Made by a program: the position numbers and the translations under genes. The notes beneath the pieces were generated by a model. The model ran no database searches and was not told where the DNA came from. It saw only the letters and a list, made by a program, of their open reading frames with translations. From an uncultured Ilumatobacteraceae bacterium (GTDB taxonomy: Bacteria > Actinomycetota > Acidimicrobiia > Acidimicrobiales > Ilumatobacteraceae), in assembly GCA_964592165.1 (NCBI GenBank), contig CAZQEJ010000001.1, forward strand, positions 19,527 to 66,337: DNA of 46,811 bases, in the 5' to 3' direction. The first letter of the stretch is position 1, and each line of letters starts with the position of its first letter. Positions 9,184 to 17,833 of the stretch are shown piece after piece.

Positions 9184-9215
9184 CTTGTCGTTGATCGGGC
9201 TTGTCGTTGATCGGG
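9184..9215. repeat. Perfect 16-bp tandem direct duplication (CTTGTCGTTGATCGGG x2)
   Basis: Read directly: 9184-9199 is identical to 9200-9215. It lies between the microprotein stop (9221) and the RBS of the CsoR-like gene. Confidence 0.9.
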
Positions 9216-9220
9216 GGCCG

Positions 9221-9391
9221 TCAGCGACCGAACACCCGTCGGAAAAGGCCAGCGCCGGACGGCGCGGGGCTCTCCGACGCGCACTGGCAGCGCTGCTCCG
9301 CGGGGACGTGGCCGAGGACTTGTTCGACGTGCGCCCCGCATCCGGCCCAGGTCGGGCGACCGCAGGAACGACAGGTGATTGCTCTACACAT
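9221..9391 (-). CDS. Cysteine-rich small protein (56 aa; 6 Cys, 2 His), function unknown
   Basis: MCRAITCRSCGRPTWAGCGAHVEQVLGHVPAEQRCQCA... sits directly upstream of, and co-oriented with, the CsoR-like gene. The start is ambiguous: ATG at 9391 (overlapping an operator) or GTG at 9466. The first codons have low GC3 and include a rare AGA. Confidence 0.5.
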   Translation of the reverse strand: MCRAITCRSCGRPTWAGCGAHVEQVLGHVPAEQRCQCASESPAPSGAGLFRRVFGR

Positions 9392-9405
9392 ACCCCCGAG
9401 GGTAT
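9390..9405. promoter_or_regulatory. CsoR/CstR-type operator-like pseudo-palindrome (site 1)
   Basis: ATACCCCCGAGGGTAT has 7 of 8 symmetric pairs. It matches the ATACCC-N-GGGTAT type inverted repeat known for CsoR-family operators and overlaps the ATG at 9391. Confidence 0.6.
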
Positions 9406-9489
9406 CACCTCGGCGGTCGATGCGATCGCTGTTCGGGGAGGGAACCGGACGGTGGCAGGGGTACACCGATTCTCGCGGTCTTCTGTTGA

Positions 9490-9505
9490 ATACCCCATGG
9501 GGTAT
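9490..9505. promoter_or_regulatory. CsoR/CstR-type operator, perfect 16-bp palindrome (site 2)
   Basis: ATACCCCATGGGGTAT is a perfect palindrome located 45 nt upstream of the CstB-like GTG start. Confidence 0.7.
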
Positions 9506-9549
9506 ATTGGCCTGCGTTCACCGACGAACGATCACGCACAGGAGGCGTC

Positions 9550-10941
9550 GTGTTCTTCCGCCAGTACTACATCGGTTGCCTGTCGCACGCGAGCTACCTG
9601 GTCGGCGATACGAGTTCAGGGGCGGCGGTGGTCGTCGACCCGCAGCGGGACGTCTCTGAGTACCTCGCCGACGCCGAGGCCAATGGGCTGAGGATCGTCA
9701 AGGTGATCGAGACCCACTTCCATGCCGACTTCCTCTCCGGACATCTCGAGCTCGCCGAGCGCACCGGAGCGGCGATCGTCTACGGCCGCGCCGCCGAGGG
9801 CCGCGCCGAGTTTCCCATCGAGACGTACGCCGACGGAGAGGTCATCGCCCTCGGCGGGGCCGACCTGGAGATCCGCGAGACCCCGGGGCACACGCCGGAG
9901 TCGATCAGCATCGTCGTCTGGCCGCACGGCCGGGGGGTCGGCGACCCCTACGGGGTGCTCACCGGTGACACGCTGTTCATCGGTGACGTCGGACGCCCGG
10001 ATCTCCTCGCCGCCTTCGATCTGACCGCCGATGACCTTGCTCGCCGGCTGTACCGCTCTCTGCATGAGCAGCTGATGCCACTTCCCGATGAGACCCGGGT
10101 CTTTCCTGCTCACGGAGCGGGCACCGCCTGCGGGAAGAACCTGTCGACGGAGACCGTGTCGACGATCGGGGAGCAACGGCGGACGAACTACGCGTTGGCC
10201 CCGATGAGCGAGGACGACTTCGTCCGGATCGTCACCGACGGTCAGCCGGCGGCGCCGGCGTACTTCCCGTTCGCCGCGGTGCGCAACCGCCAGGAGCGGC
10301 CGCTTTTCGACGACTCGCACGTCGAGGTCACTGGACTCGATCTCGCCTCGGTCGTCGACGCCCAACGCGCCGGGGCGATCGTCGTCGACGCGCGGGACGA
10401 TCTCGCCTTCGCCGCCGGTCACCTGCGTGGGTCGGTCAACGTCGGACTCGGCGGACGCTTCGCCGAGTACGCCGGCGAAGTGATGACGCCGGGCACGCCG
10501 ATCGTGCTCGTCACCGACCCGGGGCACGAGGAGGAAGCGACGATCCGTCTGGCCCGCATCGGCTTCGACGACGTCGTCGGCGTACTCGCCGAAGCCGAGG
10601 CGCAGTTCGTCGCCCACCCGGACGCCGTCGAGCCGTCGTCCCGGCTGACCCGCCCCCAGCTCGCCGAGCGGATCGACGCGCTCGGTGCTCTCGTCGTGCT
10701 CGACGTGCGCACAGCCGGCGAGCGAGCCGTGGGAGCAATCCCGGGCTCGGTGCACATCGCCCTCCCCGAGCTCCTCGGGCGTCTCGGCGAGCTCGACCCG
10801 GTGCGGCCCACGGTGGTCTACTGCGAGGGCGGCTACCGGTCTTCGATCGCCGCCAGCCTGCTGCGCGCCCATGGCTTCGCCGACGTGTCCGACCTGCTCG
10901 GCGGGTTCGGCGCGTGGTCGACGATGGCCGGCGCCGCGTGA
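9550..10941 (+). CDS. Persulfide dioxygenase (MBL fold) fused to a degenerate and an active rhodanese domain (CstB-like)
   Basis: 463 aa. AGGAGG RBS followed by GTG. Contains the MBL motif ETHFHADF, a middle rhodanese-like domain lacking the Cys (LVTDPGHEE) and a C-terminal rhodanese with the active-site loop VVYCEGGYRS. Confidence 0.85.
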   Translation: MFFRQYYIGCLSHASYLVGDTSSGAAVVVDPQRDVSEYLADAEANGLRIVKVIETHFHADFLSGHLELAERTGAAIVYGRAAEGRAEFPIETYADGEVIALGGADLEIRETPGHTPESISIVVWPHGRGVGDPYGVLTGDTLFIGDVGRPDLLAAFDLTADDLARRLYRSLHEQLMPLPDETRVFPAHGAGTACGKNLSTETVSTIGEQRRTNYALAPMSEDDFVRIVTDGQPAAPAYFPFAAVRNRQERPLFDDSHVEVTGLDLASVVDAQRAGAIVVDARDDLAFAAGHLRGSVNVGLGGRFAEYAGEVMTPGTPIVLVTDPGHEEEATIRLARIGFDDVVGVLAEAEAQFVAHPDAVEPSSRLTRPQLAERIDALGALVVLDVRTAGERAVGAIPGSVHIALPELLGRLGELDPVRPTVVYCEGGYRSSIAASLLRAHGFADVSDLLGGFGAWSTMAGAA

Positions 10942-10992
10942 GCCGGGAGCGCACCCCCGCCACTGCGCACCGGCGAGCCTGAGGGGGTTCCT

Positions 10993-11805
10993 GTGCGTGC
11001 CCTGTTGGCTTCCCCACTCGGATTCCTGATCGGACTGTCCCTCGGCGCGCTCGGCGGCGGCGGCTCGATCCTCGCTGTCCCCGCGCTCGTCTACGGCGCC
11101 GGGCAGACAGCGAAGCAGGCGACGACGACCTCCCTCGTCCTCGTCGCGATCACGTCGCTCACGGGGATCATCCCCCACCTGCGCGCCGGGCGGGTCCGTC
11201 TCGCTGCCGGCACCGCGTTCGGTCTCGCCGGGATCGGCGGATCGCTGCTCGGTTCACACTGGAATGAGGGGGCCGATCCGGACATCCTCCTCCTCGCCTT
11301 CTCCGGGCTGATGCTCGTCGCCGCGTACGCGATGTACCGGCGGACCCGGGCCCACGGGCGAGCCGTGGCGGCCGCCCGCTCGGTCGGCGCGGCGGCCGCA
11401 CCCGTGCAGGCGACCCGCGTCAGGGCCGACGCGCGGACGATCGCCAAGGTCGTTCTCGCTGGGACCGGGGTGGGGATCCTCACCGGCTTCTTCGGCGTCG
11501 GCGGGGGCTTCGTCATCGTCCCTGCGCTCGTCCTCGCCCTCGGGTTCACCATGCCCGAGGCGGTAGGCACGAGCTTGCTCGTGATCACGGTCAACTCCGT
11601 GGTGGCGATCAGCACCCGCCTGCAGCGCGGCTCCATCGAGTGGGACGTCGTCATCCCCTTCACCGTGGCCAGCCTCGCCGGGGTGCTCGCCGGTGGCTAC
11701 CTCGCCGGCCGCCACCACCCCGTGGCACTCCAGCGCTGGTTCGTCGGCCTGCTCGTCGCCGTCGCCGTGTACACCGCGCTGCGCTCCGGTCTCGCCCTGC
11801 TCTGA
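10993..11805 (+). CDS. TauE/SafE (DUF81) family sulfite/organosulfonate exporter-like membrane protein
   Basis: 270 aa. GAGGGGG followed by GTG. Multi-pass hydrophobic protein with a duplicated GxGGG motif (LGALGGGGSILAVP and FFGVGGGFVIVP). Confidence 0.85.
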   Translation: MRALLASPLGFLIGLSLGALGGGGSILAVPALVYGAGQTAKQATTTSLVLVAITSLTGIIPHLRAGRVRLAAGTAFGLAGIGGSLLGSHWNEGADPDILLLAFSGLMLVAAYAMYRRTRAHGRAVAAARSVGAAAAPVQATRVRADARTIAKVVLAGTGVGILTGFFGVGGGFVIVPALVLALGFTMPEAVGTSLLVITVNSVVAISTRLQRGSIEWDVVIPFTVASLAGVLAGGYLAGRHHPVALQRWFVGLLVAVAVYTALRSGLALL

Positions 11806-11835
11806 CCCGGGCCATGGTCGGCGGCGCGGCACCGA

Positions 11836-13998
11836 TCAGTGACGGAACGAGACGTGCGGGAGCCGGCGGTCGAGCCACCCCGGCAGCCACCAGGTGCGGT
11901 CCCCGAACAGCCCGAGGAGGGATGGGACGAGCATCATCCGGATCACCGTCGCGTCGAGCAGGACGGCCAGGGCGAGGGTCACCCCCAACTCGGTCGGGGG
12001 GATCGGGCCGGTGACACCGAAGGCGATGAACACGACGATCATGATCAACGCCGCATTGGTGATCGGCCGGCCGGTGTGGGCGAGGCCGTCACGCACCGCG
12101 CTGCGGGTGTCTGCGCCGGCATCGCGGCTCTCCTTGATCGCCGCGAGCAAGAACAACTGGTAGTCCATCGACAACCCGAACAGCAGGGCGAAGAAGAACA
12201 GCGGGGCCCAGGCGTCGACGAAGCCCTGGTGTTCGATCCCGAGCAGCCCTGTGCCCCATCCGTGCTGGAAGACGAGGGTGGCAAAGCCGAAGCTGGCCGC
12301 GACGCCGATCAGGTTGAGGACGACCGAGGCGGCGGCGATCGTCAGGCTGCGGAACACGACGAGGAGCAGGACGAAGGCGACGGCCATGATCACCGCGATC
12401 GCCAGGGGAGCGCGGCCGGTGAGCACGTCGGTCAGGTCGTGGTTCTGCGAGCCCGGCCCACCGACCGCGGCCTGCGGGCTGATCGCTGCGCTCGTGCTGC
12501 GCAAGCGGGCGACGAGATCGGACGTCTCCGTGCTGTCGCCGGCGGTCGTCGGGGTGACCCGGATCGCCACCCTCCCCGAGGGCGCCGCCGGGGTGACGAC
12601 GCGCGCGTCGGCCACTCCGGGGTCGGACCCGACCACGTCGACGAGCCGGGCCGCGTCGGCGGCGGGAGCAGTGATCATCAGCGGGGCCCCGGCGCCGTCG
12701 CCGAACGCAGCGACGAGACGGTCGTAGCCGTCCCGGCTCGACGCCCCCGGATCGACGACGCGCGCGCCGGGCATCCCCAGGCGCATCCCGATCGCCGGGG
12801 CGGCGAGGGCGAGGAGCAGGGTGAGCCCGGCGACGAGGGTGAGCCGGGGTCGGGCCAGGGCCCTGCCGGTCCAGCGCGCCCACCGTCCCTCCGCGGCACG
12901 GTCCGGATCACGCCGCCCGCGAGCGACGAGGACCCGGTCGCCGAGGGCGACGAGGACCGCGGGGAGCAGCGTGAGAGAGGCCGCGGCGACGGCGACGACG
13001 GAGAGGATCATGCCCAACGCCATCGAACGGAAGACCATCACGGGCACGAGGAACACTGCGGCGAGGGAGAGCACGACGGTCAGCGCGGAGAGGAAGACCG
13101 CCTTGCCGGCGGTGGCCAGCGTGGCGGCGATCCCGTCGGTTGCATCCTTGCCGTCCTCGCGCTCTTCGCGGTAGCGGGAGACGATGAACAGCGCGTAGTC
13201 GATGCCGACGGCGAGACCGATCATCATCGAGAAGTTCATCGACCACACCGACAAGGGGGTTGCCGCGCTGAGCAGATGGATCGCGGCGAAGCCGACGGAG
13301 ATGCCGGCGAGGGCGAGGAGCAGGGGCATCCCCGCGGCGACGAGCGATCCGAAGGCGACGAGGAGGAGAAGGATCGTCGGCAGGCCGGAGAGGAGTTCGG
13401 CGCGGTGCAGGGCCCGTTCGTTCTCCGCGTTGAAGTCGTGCCACACGGCCCACTCCCCGGTCACCTCCGCGGTCGCTCCTGCGGGCAGCGCGGTCGCTCC
13501 CACCCGGGCGATCAGCTTCCCCGCGCTCTCCGGCAGAGCGGCATCGCTGCCGGCGGCGAGTTGCACGGGGATGATCGCGGTCGTCCCCTCCGGGGAGATC
13601 AGCCCTGCATCGGCCGGCAGGGAGCGCGGGTCGAGGACCCCCGCCGTCTCCGGGGATCCGCTGATCGCGGTGACGAGCGCGTCGAGCGCCGTGGGATCGT
13701 CGCCGAACGGCCGCGGCTGGTGGACGACGACGGCTGCCGCCTCTGCCCCAGCACTGGGGAAGTCTCGGCGCAACTCGTCACGGACGCGCTGGCTGATCGA
13801 CCCCTGAGCCTCCCAGCCGGCGCCGGACAGGGCCCCGCCGAGCGTGACGGCGAGGGGGGCGGCGACGATCACCACGACCAACCAGGTGAGCATCACCGCT
13901 CGGCGGTGACGGCCGGAGAAGTGGGCGATGCGGGAAAGCCACCCGCGGTCGGCGGGGTGAGGGGGTGAAGATGACGGAGCGTCGTCCAAGGAAACCAT
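11836..13998 (-). CDS. MMPL-family (RND superfamily) transporter
   Basis: 720 aa from the ATG at 13998. Two 6-TM bundles with large extracytoplasmic loops and typical MMPL motifs (GIDYALFIVSRYREE and GLSMDYQLFLL). The track start at 14169 would overlap the neighbouring gene and has poor codon bias. Confidence 0.85.
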   Translation of the reverse strand: MVSLDDAPSSSPPHPADRGWLSRIAHFSGRHRRAVMLTWLVVVIVAAPLAVTLGGALSGAGWEAQGSISQRVRDELRRDFPSAGAEAAAVVVHQPRPFGDDPTALDALVTAISGSPETAGVLDPRSLPADAGLISPEGTTAIIPVQLAAGSDAALPESAGKLIARVGATALPAGATAEVTGEWAVWHDFNAENERALHRAELLSGLPTILLLLVAFGSLVAAGMPLLLALAGISVGFAAIHLLSAATPLSVWSMNFSMMIGLAVGIDYALFIVSRYREEREDGKDATDGIAATLATAGKAVFLSALTVVLSLAAVFLVPVMVFRSMALGMILSVVAVAAASLTLLPAVLVALGDRVLVARGRRDPDRAAEGRWARWTGRALARPRLTLVAGLTLLLALAAPAIGMRLGMPGARVVDPGASSRDGYDRLVAAFGDGAGAPLMITAPAADAARLVDVVGSDPGVADARVVTPAAPSGRVAIRVTPTTAGDSTETSDLVARLRSTSAAISPQAAVGGPGSQNHDLTDVLTGRAPLAIAVIMAVAFVLLLVVFRSLTIAAASVVLNLIGVAASFGFATLVFQHGWGTGLLGIEHQGFVDAWAPLFFFALLFGLSMDYQLFLLAAIKESRDAGADTRSAVRDGLAHTGRPITNAALIMIVVFIAFGVTGPIPPTELGVTLALAVLLDATVIRMMLVPSLLGLFGDRTWWLPGWLDRRLPHVSFRH

Positions 13999-14089
13999 AC
14001 GGGGTAGGGTATAGGATGGCGATGCGTCCGCGCGTTGTACACAGCACTTCCGAGGCAGGTACGGTCCAACGATCGCCGTCTTCGAGTTC

Positions 14090-14920
14090 GTGATCGGAGG
14101 GCTCGCTTTCGGCGAGGGACCCCGCTGGCATGACGGGCGGCTGTGGTACTCGGACTTCCACCAGCGCACGATCTACGCCGTCGACGGCAACGGAGCACGT
14201 GAAGCGGTCCACGCCGGCCTCCCCGACGAGCCCTCCGGACTCGGGTGGCTGCCCGACGGGACGTTGCTCGCCGTCTTCACCCGGTCCCGCCGGGTGATGC
14301 GCGCCGTCGATCCGGGCCGCTTCGCCGTCCATGCCGATCTCGGTCACATCGCCACGTTCCACTGCAACGACATGGTCGTCGACGCCCGCGGTAACGCCTA
14401 CGTGGGGAACTTCGGCTACGACCTGCACGGCGGCGCCGATCCGGCGCCGGCCGACCTCGCTCTCGTTCGCCCGGACGGCTCGGCCGAGCGCGTCGCTCGA
14501 GGCCTGCAGTTCCCCAACGGCTCGGTCGTCACCCCGGACGGATCGACGCTGATCGTCGGCGAGACCGGTGCCGGCCGGTTCAGCGCGTTCCCCATCGCTG
14601 CCGATGGCACGCTGGGTGGACGCTGGACCTGGGCGGAGATCCCCGGTGCGGGACCCGACGGATGCTGCTTGGACGCCGACGGAGCGATCTGGTTCGCCGA
14701 CGCGTTCGGAGCGCAACTGGTGCGCGTCCGTCAGGGAGGTGAGGTCGTCGAGCGCCGAGCGACGCCGATGCCGGTGTTCGCCTGCATGCTCGGCGGGCCC
14801 GGAGGGCGGACGCTCTACGCGCTGGGCACGCCCGACGACCATCGGCGCCGGGTGGCGGGTAGCCGGGCGGGGGCGATCTTCGCCACCCCGGTCGATTCCC
14901 CCCACGCGGGGTTCCCCTGA
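14090..14920 (+). CDS. SMP-30/gluconolactonase/LRE-like beta-propeller protein
   Basis: 276 aa. Family-typical motifs: EGPRWHDGRLWYSD, NDMVVDARGNAYVG, FPNGSVVTPDGSTL and PDGCCLDADGAIWFA. Confidence 0.8.
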   Translation: MIGGLAFGEGPRWHDGRLWYSDFHQRTIYAVDGNGAREAVHAGLPDEPSGLGWLPDGTLLAVFTRSRRVMRAVDPGRFAVHADLGHIATFHCNDMVVDARGNAYVGNFGYDLHGGADPAPADLALVRPDGSAERVARGLQFPNGSVVTPDGSTLIVGETGAGRFSAFPIAADGTLGGRWTWAEIPGAGPDGCCLDADGAIWFADAFGAQLVRVRQGGEVVERRATPMPVFACMLGGPGGRTLYALGTPDDHRRRVAGSRAGAIFATPVDSPHAGFP

Positions 14921-15025
14921 ACGGCGCCCGGGCCGGCCGAGACGCGCAAACCGCCGCGCCCCCCTCTACCCTGGTGAGACGTCCGGTGCGCACTGCGCCG
15001 ATCGCCGCGAGCGTCGAGGTCCGAT

Positions 15026-15550
15026 TTGAAGTTCAAGAAGGGCGACACCGTCATCTACCCGCAGCACGGGGCGTGCATCGTGCAGGGGACGAAGAAGATG
15101 GCCGTGTTCGGTGAGACCGCCGACTACCTGATCCTGAAGACGGTGATCAACGAGATGACCCTGTCGGTGCCGGTCGGCAAGGTGAGCGAGGTCGGGGTGC
15201 GTCCGCCGGTCAACGCCGACGAACTGGAGGACCTCGTCGCCGTGCTCTCCAAGCCGGACCCGCGGGTCCCCTCGAACTGGTCGCGCCGGTTCAAGAACCA
15301 TCAGGAGAAGCTGAAGTCGGGCGACGTGTACCAAGTCGCCGAGGTCGTCCGCAACCTCGCGGCGCGCAACCGCGACGCGGCGCTGTCCGCCGCGGAGCGC
15401 ACGATGTACGAACGAGCCCGGATCAACTTGATCTCGGAGATCGCCCCGGCGCTGCGTGTCTCGGCTGAGGAAGCCGAGCGCTACCTCGACGAGGCGCTCG
15501 CCCGCGGTGTGCTCAAGCCGCCGAAGGAAGCCGCGCCGAAGAAGAAGTGA
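15026..15550 (+). CDS. carD: CarD-family RNA-polymerase-binding transcription regulator
   Basis: 174 aa. TTG start with GAGGT upstream. N-terminal Tudor-like FKKGDTVIYPQHGA, then WSRRFKNHQEKLKSGD...VAEVVRNL, which is typical of CarD. Confidence 0.9.
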   Translation: MKFKKGDTVIYPQHGACIVQGTKKMAVFGETADYLILKTVINEMTLSVPVGKVSEVGVRPPVNADELEDLVAVLSKPDPRVPSNWSRRFKNHQEKLKSGDVYQVAEVVRNLAARNRDAALSAAERTMYERARINLISEIAPALRVSAEEAERYLDEALARGVLKPPKEAAPKKK

Positions 15551-15606
15551 ACCGGCGCTGATCCGGCACCACCTGGCCGGTGCAGCCGTCGGTACGATCG
15601 CCGCCC

Positions 15607-17007
15607 ATGGGGCAGCGCGTGCGGATCACCTCCGCCCAACTCGCCGAGATGATCGACGAGGGGACGATCGACACGGTGCTGATGGTCTTCCCCGACCTGC
15701 AGGGCCGCCTGCTCGGCAAGCGGACGACGGGCCGCTTCTACCGGGAGCACGTCGGCGGCGCCGAAGGGACGGAGAACTGCAACTACCTGATCGCCACGGA
15801 CATCGACATGACTCCCGTTCCCGGGTACCGGTTCACCAGCTACGACCGGGGGTACGGGGACATGCGCGCGGTGGCCGACGAGACGACGATCCGCATCGTG
15901 CCCTGGGTCGATCGCACGGCGATGGTCATCTGCGACCTGTTCGAGGTCGACGACGGTAGCCCGATCGAGGTTGCCCCCCGGCAGATCCTGCGGCGGCAGG
16001 TCGAACGGGCCGCGGCGAGGGGACACCTGCCGATGCTCGGCTCGGAGTTCGAGTTCTACTTGTTCCGCGACAGCTACGAGGAGGCCCACGCCAAGGGCTA
16101 CCGCGGCCTCCAGCCGCACTCGCCGTGGATCGAGGACTACCACATCCTGCAGACGACGAAGGACGAGTACCTGATCGGGCAGATCCGCCGTCACCTGGAG
16201 GCGAGCGGGGTCCCCGTCGAGTTCTCCAAGGGTGAGGCCGGCCGGGGCCAGCACGAGATCAACCTCGCCTATACCCAGGCCGTGGAGATGGCCGACCGGA
16301 ACACGATCTACAAGAACGCGGCGAAGGAGATCGCCGCGCTCAACGGGCGGTCGATCTCCTTCATGGCCAAGTACGCATGGGACGACACCGGTTCCTCGTT
16401 CCACGTCCACTCCAGTCTGTGGAGCCTCGACGGCCGCCAAGCGCGCTTCGACGGGGGCCACGACGCGGGTCCGGCCGGGTCGGACATCGCGGCGATGCCC
16501 GACGAGTTCCGTTGGTGGCTGGGCGGTCTGCTCGCCACCGCGGCCGACTTCACCATCTTGTGGGCGCCGACGATCAACTCCTACAAGCGCTTCCAACTCG
16601 GTTCGTGGGCGCCGACGGGGATCGGCTGGGGGCGGGACAACCGCACCCTCGGCTTTCGCACCGTCGGTCATGGGCCGGGAAGCAGGATCGAGTCGCGCAT
16701 CCCCGGGGCCGACGCGAACAGCTACCTCGCCTTCGCCGGGACGATCGCCGGCGGCCTGTACGGGTTGGAGAACGAGATCGAGCCCGCCCCGCCGTTCGCC
16801 GGCAACGGCTACGAGGCCAGCGATCTGGCGCGCATCCCGTGGAACATCGCCGAGGCGATCGAACGGTGGAACCGCTCCGAGATCGCCCGGGAGGCGTTTG
16901 GTGCGGACGTCCACCACCATCTGGGGAACATGGCCACCCAGGAGTGGGTCGCGTTCAACAACACGGTCACGGACTGGGAACTGCGCCGCTACTTCGAGCG
17001 GATCTGA
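15607..17007 (+). CDS. Glutamine synthetase family protein (GlnA-like; possibly a gamma-glutamyl-amine ligase)
   Basis: 466 aa from the ATG at 15607. Contains a GS beta-grasp plus catalytic-domain motifs (GSEFEFYLF, KGEAGRGQHEIN, GSSFHVHSSLW, NSYKRF). Confidence 0.85.
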   Translation: MGQRVRITSAQLAEMIDEGTIDTVLMVFPDLQGRLLGKRTTGRFYREHVGGAEGTENCNYLIATDIDMTPVPGYRFTSYDRGYGDMRAVADETTIRIVPWVDRTAMVICDLFEVDDGSPIEVAPRQILRRQVERAAARGHLPMLGSEFEFYLFRDSYEEAHAKGYRGLQPHSPWIEDYHILQTTKDEYLIGQIRRHLEASGVPVEFSKGEAGRGQHEINLAYTQAVEMADRNTIYKNAAKEIAALNGRSISFMAKYAWDDTGSSFHVHSSLWSLDGRQARFDGGHDAGPAGSDIAAMPDEFRWWLGGLLATAADFTILWAPTINSYKRFQLGSWAPTGIGWGRDNRTLGFRTVGHGPGSRIESRIPGADANSYLAFAGTIAGGLYGLENEIEPAPPFAGNGYEASDLARIPWNIAEAIERWNRSEIAREAFGADVHHHLGNMATQEWVAFNNTVTDWELRRYFERI

Positions 17008-17059
17008 GTCCTCCCGACCGGCGAGGGTGATGCCGCCGCGGCGGTAGCGTGCCGGCTCG

Positions 17060-17833
17060 ATGAGCAACAGACTCGACGGCAAGGTTGCCTTGATCACCGG
17101 TTCCGCGTCGGGGCTCGGCCGGGTCGCCGCCGAGTTGTTCGCCGCTCAAGGTGCGCAGGTCGTCGTCGCCGACGTGGCCGATGGGGACGCCGCCGTCAAC
17201 GCGATCAGCGCCGACGGCGGCGAGGCCGCGTTCGTCCGCACCGATGTCACCGACGACGACTCGGTGCGCGCCGCGGTCGAGTTCGCGGTGGAGACCTTCG
17301 GTGGGCTCGACGTCTTGCACAACAACGCCGGGGTCATGCTGACGAGCGACGACGACCCGGTGTCGACGCCGCTGGAGACGTACCAGGCGACGATGGAGAT
17401 CAACGTCAAGGGCGTGCTCCTCGGATGCCGTCATGCCATCCCGGCGATGCTCGCCCGGGGCGGGGGGTCGATCGTCAACGTCGCCTCCTTCGTCGCCCAC
17501 ATGGGGGCGGCGACGCCGCAGATCGCCTACACCGCGTCGAAGGGCGCGGTCTTGGCGATGACCCGGGAGATCGCCGTGACCTACGCCCGGCGGGGCATCC
17601 GGGCCAACGCGCTGTGTCCTGGGCCGGTGATGACCCCGTTGCTCGCCGCCTTCTTGTCCGACGAGGAGCGGCGCAACCGGCGTCTCGTGCACATCCCCAT
17701 GGGCCGTTTCGGCGACCCGTCGGAGGTCGCCCACGGGGCGCTGTTCCTCGCTTCCGACGACTCGTCGTGGATGACCGGGCAGTCGCTGATCATCGACGGC
17801 GGGATCACCGCCGCATACGTCACGCCGGAGTGA
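17060..17833 (+). CDS. SDR-family oxidoreductase
   Basis: 257 aa. TGSASGLG cofactor motif, NNAG, and the YTASK catalytic Tyr-x3-Lys. Confidence 0.9.
   Translation: MSNRLDGKVALITGSASGLGRVAAELFAAQGAQVVVADVADGDAAVNAISADGGEAAFVRTDVTDDDSVRAAVEFAVETFGGLDVLHNNAGVMLTSDDDPVSTPLETYQATMEINVKGVLLGCRHAIPAMLARGGGSIVNVASFVAHMGAATPQIAYTASKGAVLAMTREIAVTYARRGIRANALCPGPVMTPLLAAFLSDEERRNRRLVHIPMGRFGDPSEVAHGALFLASDDSSWMTGQSLIIDGGITAAYVTPE

Noticed and set aside
11839-13968. 709-aa plus-strand ORF antisense to the MMPL gene
   Set aside because: The reasoning is the same: highly charged low-complexity translation opposite a clear MMPL coding frame.
15481-17097. 538-aa minus-strand ORF antisense to the GS-like gene (similar cases at 9616..11178, 44549..46018 and 18552..20045)
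   Set aside because: All overlap strongly supported genes on the other strand and translate to Arg/Pro/Gly-rich sequence. They are treated as GC artefacts rather than overlapping genes.
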